Assembly: GCF_039654945.1 (NCBI RefSeq)
Contig: NW_027361684.1
Coordinates: 20,336,001 to 20,400,000, forward strand
DNA from: Dendrobates tinctorius
Taxonomy: Eukaryota
Direction: 5' to 3'
Length of the DNA stretch: 64,000 bases
How positions within the stretch are numbered: position 1 is the stretch's first letter; each line of letters begins with the position of its first letter. Of the stretch, positions 37,201 through 48,100 are shown piece by piece. The position numbers and the translations under genes are program-made. Under the pieces are notes generated by a model, which saw only the letters and a program-made list of their open reading frames with translations, did not search any database and had not been told where the DNA came from.

Positions 37201-40200
37201 AGAGGCAATACCATTTGCCCTGTTCCGTTCCAGGATACTGCAGAGGAACATCCTCCGTCAGTGGGACAGGTCCATCTCTTCGCAGGCTCGCCCCTTCCTC
37301 CCTTCCATTCAGACCAGGGAGTCCATCAAGTGGTGGCTGACCTCCCTCCTCGTTCAGCTGGGACAGCCTTTTCCCCCTGTCCACTGGAAGGTGGTAACTA
37401 CAGATGCCAGTCTCCTGGGCTGAGGTGCGGTATTCCGTCACCTGACGGTCCAGGGACGATGGTCAAGGCGAGAATCCTCACTATCAAACAACATTCTAGA
37501 ACTGAGGGCAGTCATTCTAGAACTGAGGGCGGTCTTTCTAGCACTCCTACATTGGGAAACATACCTCAACAACCAGCCAGTCCGGATTCAAACGGACAAT
37601 GCCACGGCGGTGGCATACATCAATCACCAAGGGGGAACCAGGACTCCCGGCCGAGGTATCCAGAATCTTCAACTGGGTGGAAACCGCAATTCCGGCAGTT
37701 TACATTCCCGGCACAAACAACACGGCCGCCAACTTCCTCAGTCGGGAAGGGCTCGCTGCAGGAGAATGGTCCTTACATCAGGACGTGTTCCGTCAGATAT
37801 GCCAGCTATGGGGGACTTCAGATGTGGACCTCCTGGCATCGTGACAGAACAGAAGGGTCCTACTGTTTGTCTCAAGATACCGCGATCCTCTAGCAATAGG
37901 GGTCGACGCGCTGGTCATTCCCTGGACACAGTTCAGACTCCCTTACCTGTTCCCTCCCTTCCTCTCCTGCCCAGACTGCTAAAGAAGATCAAGGCGGAAG
38001 GGGTGCCGGTCATATCGATCGCCCCGTACTGGCCCAGGAGGGCCTGGTTCGCAGAAATTATCAGTATTCTCGCAGGCACCCCCTGGAGACTCCCCGACAG
38101 ACCAGATCCCCTGGCTCAGGGGCCGTTTTACCACCCAAATTCTCGGCTGCTCAATTTGACGGCATGGCTGTTGAAACCACAATACTGAGAGCAGCGGGAT
38201 TTTAGGACTGAGTCATTAGTACAATAATAATAATAATAATAATTTTTATTTATATAGCGCCAACATATTCCGCAGCACTTTACAATTAAGCGGGGACATG
38301 TACAGACAATAAATTCAATACAAGTTAAGACAATTCAAACAATGACATTAGGAGTGAGGTCCCTGCTCGCAAGCTTACAATCTACAAGGAAATGGGGGGA
38401 CACAGTAGGTGAGAAATGCTTGTTAATTCAGGTCTGGCAATTATAATAGGGATTTTCATATAAAGCTGCATGATCCGGTCATCAGCCCGTGTGTTTAAGT
38501 GCAATAGACAAGTATCAAGTGCAGTTATCATGTGCATGAAGGGTGTGGAGACAGATGAATAGTAGGGTGCAGATTCAGAATAATATTTGGAAGGAGGGAA
38601 CAGGGCAAAGTTAGCTTGCTGAGTAGTTGATGTGATAGGCTTCTTTGAAGAGATGGGTTTTCAAAGCGCGCTTGAATAGGTCAGGGCTAGGTATCAGTCT
38701 GATCGTCTGGGGAAGTGCATTCCAGAGAGCTGGAGCAGCACGAGAGAAGTCTTGGAGACGGAGGTGCGAGGTTCGGATTACGGGGGATGTTAGTCTTAGG
38801 TCATTTGTAGAACGGAGGGCACGTGTAGGGCGATAGACAGAGATGAGAGAGGAGATATAAGGCGGTGCAGAACAGTGGACAGCTTTGTGGGTGAGAGAGA
38901 TGAGTTTATACTGGACCCTGTAGCGAATAGGTAGCCAGTGTAATGACTGGCACAAGATGGAGGCATCGGTGAAGCGGCTGGACAGAAATATGACCCTGGC
39001 TGCTGCATTCAAGATGGATTGGAGAGGAGAAAGTTTGGTAAGAGGGAGACCGATCAGAAGAGAGTTGCAGTAGTCCAGACGAGAATGAATAAGAGCGACA
39101 GTAAGAGTCTTAGCAGTTTCAAAGGTGAGAAAAGGTCGGATTCTGGAGATGTTTTTAAGATGCAGGTGACAAGAGCGACTGAGTGATCGGATGTACGGAG
39201 TAAAGGAAAGTTCAGTGTCGAATATGACCCCAAGACAGCGGGCATGCTGCTTGGGAGTTATGGTTGAACCCTCCAGGGTTATTTCGATGTTAGGTAGAGT
39301 GAGGTTAGTAGAGGGGAGAAACACAAGAAGTTCAGTTTTAGAGAGATTTAGTTTCAGATAGAGGGAGGACATGATGCTAGAGACAGCAGACAGACAATCC
39401 TTGGTATTTTGAATTAGGGTAGGGGTGATGTCAGGGGAAGAAGTGTATAATTGGGTGTCATCAGCATAGAGATGATACTGGAACCCAAATCTGCTGATTG
39501 TTTGTCCAATAGGGGCAGTGTATAAAGAGAAGAGGAGGGGGCCTAGGACTGAGCCCTGCGGGACCCCGATAGTAAGGGGACGAGAAGAGGAAGAGGAGCC
39601 GGAAAAAGATACAGTGAAGGAGCGGTCAGAGAGGTAGGAGGAGAACCAGGAGAGGGCTGTGTCCTTGAGGCCTATAGAGCGGAGCATAGTGAGGAGGAGC
39701 TGGTGATCCACAGTGTCAAATGCGGCAGAGAGATCCAGGAGAATCAGCAGGGAGCAATGACCTTTCGATTTAGCTGTTATTAAATCATTAGAGACTTTAG
39801 TGAGGGCAGTTTCAGTAGAGTGTAAAGAGCGGAAACCAGATTGTAAGGGGTCGAGAAGAGAGTTATCCGAGAGATAGCGGATTAGACGGGAGTGGACCAG
39901 GCGTTCCAGGAGTTTAGAGATGAAGGGAAGGTTAGAGACAGGTCTGTAGTTAGCAGTGCAGTTCTGGTCCAGGGATGGCTTTTTAAGTAAAGGGGTTATG
40001 ATGGCATGTTTAAATGAGGAGGGAAATATACCTGAAGAAAGAGAGAGGTTAAATATTTTAGTCAGGTGAGTGGTGACCACTGGTGAGAGAGACTGCAGGA
40101 GCTGTGAAGGAATAGGGTCACTGTTGCAGGTTGTAGGCCGAGCAGAAGCGAGGAGCTTGGAAACTTCTTCTTCTGAAACAGGCTCAAAGATGTCTAGTGA

Positions 40201-42101
40201 GCTTGAGGTGCGGCAGGGAAGGGGATCCAGGCACTGAGGAGATAGGGCTGAGATATCCTGATGGATGTGGTTGATTTTTTCTAGGAAATAAGTGGCCAGA
40301 TCCTCACCGCTGAGGTTGGTGATGGGGGCCTGTACTTTAGGTTTCAGGAGGGAGTTTAAGGTTTCAAAAAGTCGTCTTGGGTTGTTGGATAGTGAGGTGA
40401 TGAGGGTGGTGAAGTAGGATTGTTTGGCCAGATGAAGGGCAGAGTTATAGGTTTTGAGCATGAACTTATAGTGGATGAAGTCTTCTGCTAAGAGAGATTT
40501 TCTCCACTGCCGCTCTGCACACCTCGAGCAGCGCTGAAGAGAGCGTGTTTGCGTTGTGTGCCAGGGCTGCTTTTGTCTGTGTTGGGTCTTTCTGCGTATA
40601 GAAGGTGCTGCTTCATCTAGGGCATTCTTCAGTGTATTATTGAAGTGTGACAATGCTATGTCTGGACAGGAGAGGGTGGAGATGGGGGCTAAAGATGTGT
40701 GGAGATTGTCCCTAAGCTGTTGGGTATTAATGGTACGTGTATTCCGATAAGTGTGGTAAGTGGGGGTGTCCCGGGTGAGGAGACAATTCTTGACAGAGAA
40801 GGAAAGAAGGTTGTGGTCCGAGAGCGGGAGAGGTGAATTAGTAAAGTTGTGCAGCGAGCCGGGACGGGAGAAAACCAGGTCCAGAGTATTCCCGTCCTCA
40901 TGTGTAGGAGAATTAGTAAACTGTGAGAGGCCGAATGAAGAAGTTAGAGAAAGAAGATGAGAGGCAGACTGGGAGAGCGGATCATTGATGGGGATGTTAA
41001 AGTCTCCCATGATGAGGGTGGGGATGTCACAGGACAGAAAGTGAGTAAGCCAGGTGGTGAAGTGGTCTAGAAACTGGCGGGAGGAGCCTGGAGGGCGATA
41101 AACGACCGCCACTCGTAAGGAGAAGGGCTTAAAGAGTCTGACGGCGTGGACTTCAAAGGAAGGAAATGTAAGTGATGGAACCGGGGGGATGACCTGGAAA
41201 GCACATTGTGATGAAAGGAGCAAACCAACACCTCCACCCTGTCTGTTCTCAGGTCTGGGGGTATGTGAAAATATCAGCCCACCAAACGAGAGAGCGGCAG
41301 CAGCGGTGGTGTCTGAATGCTGGATCCAGGTTTCTGTAATAGCCAGAAGGTTAAGGGAATTAGAGAGAAAAAGATCGTGAATGTAAGTCAGTTTGTTACA
41401 CACAGACCGTGCATTCCAGAGAGCACATTGGAAAGTGAGAGGAGAAGGCATGCACTGAATGTTAATAAGATTAGCAGGGTTTCTATATGCAGCTGGAGAA
41501 GAGTAATGTATGCTGGTGGAGGGAGGCCCAGGGTTGGGGGAGATGTCACCTGCAACTATTAAAAGGAGAAAAAACAGAAAAAGCAGGTGGTGGGATGATT
41601 TGTATGAACGTTTTGAGTGCTGCATGGAGGTTTTGGATGGTTTGGTGTGGGTAAGAAATGTCAATAGAGCCTCAGAGTTAAACATGGAAGAGGGGAAAAG
41701 GGAGGGGTGGATATGCAGAGAGTGCACAGAATGTGTAAAAGGGCAGGCGAGTTGTTAAAAAGCAGAAGTGAAGACAAATAAGCAGCAGGTTGATATGATC
41801 AATGCATATTTAGTACAACTGACCAAGAAGCAAGCGTGCATGAAAAACTTATGCACCTTACCTGTCTCCTGCCCTGTCCAACTGCATTGTCTAACTGCAA
41901 AACACTTTATCCTGTTGCACGCGTAAGCCCGCACGCGTGCTATCCCAGCCAGAGCTAAATATATATGAAATGAAATGTCTGCTAGCTTCAGCCACCAAAA
42001 GGCCACAATCAGTAATTAACCAATTAGCACAAGGCCAGAGCAGGCATTACTATGCAGGGTAAATAACTAACGCTGGACAAGGCCATCAAACTGAGAAAGG
42101 G

Positions 42102-42132
<31 letters not shown>

Positions 42133-45100
42133 ACCCTTTCTACACTTCAAAGCAGAAACCAAATAGAAAAAAAAATAAAGACCCACCACAGGAGTGATGG
42201 AATGAAATACCATAAAAATATCTGGCACTATATGATGCAGTTCACACTTGTCAGACAGCACACATGGATGATGGAATGAAATACCATAAAAATATCTGGC
42301 ACTATATGATGCAGTTCACACTTGTCAGACAGCACACATGGATGATGGAATGAAATACCACAGGAGTGATGGAATGAAATACCATAAAAATATCTGGCAC
42401 TATATGATGCAGTTCACACTTGTCAGACAGCACACATGGATGATGGAATGAAATACCATAAAAATATCTGGCACTATATGATGCAGTTCACACTTGTCAG
42501 ACAGCACACATGGATGATGGAATGAAATACCACAGGAGTGATGGAATGAAATACCATAAAAATATCTGGCACTATATGATGCAGTTCACACTTGTCAGAC
42601 AGCACACATGGATGATGGAATGAAATACCATAAAAATATCTGGCACTATATGATGCAGTTCACACTTGTCAGACAGCACACATGGATGATGGAATGAAAT
42701 ACCACAGGAGTGATGGAATGAAATACCATAAAAATATCTGGCACTATATGATGCAGTTCACACTTGTCAGACAGCACACATGGATGATGGAATGAAATAC
42801 CACAGGAGTGATGGAATGAAATACCATAAAAATATCTGGCACTATATGATGCAGTTCACACTTGTCAGACAGCACACATGGATGATGGAATGAAATACCA
42901 TAAAAATATCTGGCACTATATGATGCAGTTCACACTTGTCAGACAGCACACATGGATGATGGAATGAAATACCATAAAAATATCTGGCACTATATGATGC
43001 AGTTCACACTTGTCAGACAGCACACATGGATGATGGAATGAAATACCATAAAAATATCTGGCACTATATGATGCAGTTCACACTTGTCAGACAGCACACA
43101 TGGATGATGGAATGAAATACCTGTGTGAAGAAGAGAAGAGAGGAACATCAGCTTCAATGCATTGTCTAACTGCAAAACACTTTATCCTGTTGCACTTAAT
43201 ATCTGTTGCACGCGTAAGCCCGTACAATGATCCAAGCTAGGAAGCCATCCTCTTCCAGGGTCTAATATCGAGCCTGGAAGGCCTATTTTGGCCGGTGTGA
43301 GTCTAAACACATCACACCTATGCCCTGTTCCCTACCATCTGTCCTAGCTTTTCTCCAGGCAGGGATTAGATGTCGATATGGCCCTAAGTTCCTTGAAAAG
43401 CAAGGTATCGGCTGTTTCCTATTCTTTTTCAAAAGAATTTGGCCTCCCGCTTACAGGTTAAGACCTTTCTGCAAGGGGTGGCACATGCAGCCCCTCCTTA
43501 CAGATCACCAGTGGCTCCATGGGATCTTAACTTAGGTCTGGGAAGCCTTGATGGATTCACCCTTTGAACCCCTTCAGGAAGCTCCCATGTCTTTGTTGTC
43601 CTGGAAGGTGGTATTTCTCGTAGCCATCACCTCTATTAGGTGGGTTTCAGAATTAGCGGCATTCTCCTGTCGCCCTCCATTCTTAATTATACACCAGGAC
43701 AAGGTTGTTTTGCGGCCTCCTCCTGACTTTCTTCCCAAGGTGGTATCTGCCTTCCACCTGAACGAGGATATAATCCTTCCGTCAATTTATCTGCTCCAAC
43801 CCATCCTCTGGAGCGTTCTTTGTATAAGCTAGACCTGGTCAGGGCGATAAGGGTCTATCTGGCCAGGACCGCTCCCTTCAGGAAGGCAGACTCACTTTTT
43901 GTTATCCCCAATGGGGTGAGAAGAGGCCTTCCGGCCTCTCAGGCAACAATTGCCTGCTGGATCAGAATGGCAATTCTGGAAGCCTACCAGGTGAATGACA
44001 GGGTGTCCCCTGCTGGGGTCAAGGCCCATTCAAGCCGGGCGGTACCCAATAGGGTGTCAGCCATGCAGTTGTGCAAGGCAGCCACATGGTCGTCCGTGCA
44101 TACTTTTTAAAGGTTCTATAAGGTCCATACCTATGCTTCAGCGGACGCCAGCCTAGGCAGAAGAATCTTGCAGGTGGCAGTGGTGAGTTCTCCGACCTGA
44201 AGGAAGTTTGTCTTCTCCCACCCCAGGGACTGCTTTTGGACGTCCCACGGTTCCTGTGTCCCCCAATGAGACGAAAGAGAAAACAGGATTTTGGTTGCTT
44301 ACTGTAAAATCTGTTTCTCAGAATCTTCCTTGGGGGACACAGCGCCCTCCCATGATTTTATTGCTTGTAATGAATATATGATGACTTGCATGATAATGTC
44401 TCCTACTGCTTTTTCACTAACTGATTGTCCTACAGCCGGTCGGAGGGGTGTATACTGCGGAGGCGGAGTTAACATTTTTTTCATGGCATAGTGTCAACCT
44501 CCTAGTGACAGCAGCACACACCCATGGTTCCTGTGTCCCCCAATGAAGACTCTGAGAAACAGATTTTACGGTAAGCAACCAAAATCCTGTTTTTTCCATT
44601 TCCTTTATACAGATGACCCTCCTGAATCGATGCACGCTGCAGTGCAAACAGAACCTCCCCTAACACAACAGCCATCTACTCCAGAGAGACGATCGGCTCT
44701 ACGATCAGGTCTAGAAGTCTTAATTCAAGCCGGACACCTGAAAGGGCTGCACAGAAGCACCATGGGGCAGAACAAGAGCAGAGGAGTGCTGATTCCCCAG
44801 AGGCCAAAGGTACAAAGCGCACGGCTCTTAAAGGGAAATGCCAGCGTTGATGGCAGGTCTGTTTTATTAAGTGCAAGTATACACCATGAATAATTCTGGA
44901 GCATCTTTTTGTCAAACGGGACTGATTGGACAATGTTAGGATGCAGTCAGACTGCGGTATAAATTGGACCGAGATCAAAATGCAGTGCACGGACTTGCTG
45001 GCTGCTGTCCTGACCCGTGCGTGATCACTTCATGAATTTCTATGGAGCTGTTACCCTCTGGTCAAGAGAGCCGCCGGCCAGTCTGTGCACTGCATTCAGA

Positions 45101-48100
45101 TTTAGTAATGTTAGAAAATGCCTCCAATTAGAAATGTAGTATAGTTTTTCTGATTCACAAATGAGTTCAGATAACGTGTTATCCAAGTATCGTGGGCGTG
45201 CTCGAATAGTATGTTCGAGTCCCTGCAGTTGCATTTGTTGTGGCTGAAAGAACAAACGGGCAATGAATAATGCAGCCGTTAGGACTTGAACATATTATTC
45301 GACCACGCCCAAGGTACTCTTACAACACACGAGTATGCTCTGCTAACACCTTATCCGAGCACATTCCCTCATCACTAATCCGCTATGTCTCTTTCCTCAT
45401 GTGCAGGCATTGCAGGACTTTAGGTATCCAGGGTTATGACCACTAGTAACTAACTAACTGTCACTATATCAGTGGTCATAACCATGGATACCTAAGGTCC
45501 TGCATGGGAAAGAGACATAGCGAATCAGAAAAATGTTTTCTAATTGGAGGTATTTGTTATTATTATTACACCTACATATTGGGATAGGATCTTGGAGATG
45601 GGAATACCCCTTTAAAGCCTCCTTCACATGTCTGTGTAAATCATGTACATGAAAAATGGTACCGGTGTCATCTGTGTGTCCATTTTTCCTATCAGTGTCA
45701 TCAGTATTTCACCCGTATGGATAAAAGAAAAAAAGAAATTACAAAGTTTAATTATAGTGGTTTGAAAAAACCACTATATTGTAATCCGAACGCTGCTAAC
45801 TTATTCTTCTTCTTCTTATTATTATTAAGTTGATTTCCGCAATTAATGCGGCCCGAACCGCTACACGCACAGACTCCGTTGAGGTGTCGTTTCGAAGCCA
45901 GTGTCCATGAGAGGTGTGCTAATTATTTTTCGTGTCGATCGGATTTGTAGTTTTTGCGCAATTTGCGTTTGAAAATTTTTTTTCCCGTCTTTGGAATGCA
46001 CTGTCTCAATGCATTTGAATGGGAAATGGCAAAACATGCCCTGAGGCGATTGAAATGGCAGTTGAGCTCATTGATATGCGCAGGCAGATCCAGTTACTAT
46101 GCCAACGCCTACGAACGTCACATGACCTCTCCAAGACAGAGCTTCTGCCACATAATATCAGCTCTTAAAGCAAAACCCACAGCACAAATGCAAATCTAGC
46201 TTCATTACATGACGCATGCCCCTGAGAGAGAATGTGCGCCAAAGTGGATTTAGAAGCCCAGTGAGCCACCCTGGCTCTTAAAGGGCCGACGCGCCAAAGT
46301 GATTCTTAAAGGGCCGGCGCGCCAAATCGAAAGCTGAGTGACCCAAGGCTCCAAATCGGAGGCTGATAGACCCTGGCCTACAAAAAGGAGGCTGAGCCAC
46401 CCTGGCATCCAAATCGGACCCAGAGTGGCCCCGCCCACCAAATCGGACCCAGAGTGGCCCCGCCCACCAAATCGGACCCAGAGTGGCCCCGCCCACCAAA
46501 TCGGACCCAGAGTGGCCCTGCCCACCAAATCGGACCCAGAGTGGCCCCGCCCACCAAATCGGACCCAGAGTGGCCCCGCCCACAAAATCGGACCCTGAGT
46601 GGCCCCGCCCACAAAATTGGACCCTGAGTGGCCCCACCCACAAAATCGGACCCTAAGGGGCCCCACCCACAAAATCGGACCCTGAGGGGCCCCACCCACA
46701 AAATCGGACCCTGAGGGGCCCCGCCTACAAAATTGAACCCTGAGGGGCCCCAGCCACAAAATTGAACCCTGAGGGGCCCCGCCTACAAAATTGAACCCTG
46801 AGGGGCCCCGCCTACAAAATTGAACCCTGAGGGGCCCCGCCTACAAAATTGAACCCTGAGGGGCCCCGCCTACAAAATTGAACCCTGAGGGGCCCCGCCT
46901 ACAAAATTGAACCCTGAGGGGCCCCAACCACAAAATCGATCCCTGAGGGGCCCAACCACAAAATCGATCCCTGAGGGGCCCCGGCCAAAAAATTGGACCC
47001 TGAGGGGCCCCGGCCAAAAAATTGGACCCTGAGGGGCCCCGGCCAAAAAATTGGACCCTGAGGGGCCCCGGCCACAAAATTGAACCCTGAGGGGCCCCGG
47101 CCACAAAATTGAACCCTGAGGGGCCCCGGCCACAAAATTGAACCCTGAGGGGCCCCGGCCACAAAATTGAACCCTGAGGGGCCCCGCCTACAAAATTGAA
47201 CCCTGAGGGGCCCCGCCTACAAAATTGAACCCTGAGGGGCCCCGCCTACAAAATTGAACCCTGAGGGGCCCCGCCTACAAAATTGAACCCTGAGGGGCCC
47301 CGCCTACAAAATTGAACCCTGAGGGGCCCCGCCTACAAAATCGATCCCTGAGGGGCCCAACCACAAAATCGATCCCTGAGGGGCCCCGGCCAAAAAATTG
47401 GACCCTGAGGGGCCCCGGCCAAAAAATTGGACCCTGAGGGGCCCCGGCCAAAAAATTGGACCCTGAGGGGCCCCGGCCAAAAAATTGGACCCTGAGGGGC
47501 CCCGGCCAAAAAATTGGACCCTGAGGGGCCCCGCCCACAAAATTGGACCCTGAGGGGCCCCGGCCAAAAAATTGGACCCTGAGGGGCCCCGCCCACAAAA
47601 TTGGACCCTGAGGGGCCCCGCCCACAAAATTGGACCCTGAGGGGCCCCGCCCACAAAATTGGACCCTGAGGGGCCCCGCCCACAAAATTGGACCCTGAGG
47701 GGCCCCGCCCACCAATTCGGACCCTGAGGGGCCCCGCCCACAAAATTGGACCCTGAGGGGCCCCGCCCACCAATTCGGACCCGGAGGGGCCCCGCCCACT
47801 AAATCGGATTCTGAAAGGCCCCAACCACAAAATCGGACCCTGAGGGGCCCCAACCACAAAATCGGACCCTGAGGGGCCCCGCTGACCAAATTGAACTCTG
47901 AGGGGCCCCACTCACCAAATCGGACCCTGAGTGGCCCCGCCCACCAAATCGGACCCTAAGGCTGGTTTCACATTTGCGTTTTTTGGCGCTGGAAAAAAAC
48001 GCATACCTGCGCATGCGTTTTTTCCCCTATATTTAACATGGGTGCGCATACCTGCGCGCTGGTAAGCGCATGTATGCGATTTTCATGCGCTGCGTTTTTT

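Larger units (their letters stand above)
38226..43221 (-). mobile_element. Young L2-clade LINE (~5.0 kb), single ORF, inserted in the DIRS YR gene
   Basis: 7-bp TSD gtacaat (38219-38225 and 43222-43228); (ATT)n 3' tail with stem-loop; removing it restores [17 protein letters not shown]. Confidence 0.95.
33697..44592 (+). mobile_element. Full-length DIRS1-type tyrosine-recombinase retrotransposon (decayed), in KIAA0753 intron 6, interrupted by an L2
   Basis: Starts and ends with T-runs; inverted terminal repeats 33711-33837 and 44419-44545 plus right extension; internal complementary region 44244-44342 pairing with both ends; gag, RT/RNaseH/MT and YR remnants in order; no TSD. Confidence 0.95.

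Noticed and set aside
42185-43121. Repeat-spacer-like array suggestive of CRISPR
   Set aside because: The spacers are identical, there are no cas genes and the context is a vertebrate LINE leader.
46250-47911. Gly/Pro-rich collagen-like ORFs
   Set aside because: 29-bp minisatellite translations without Gly-X-Y periodicity.
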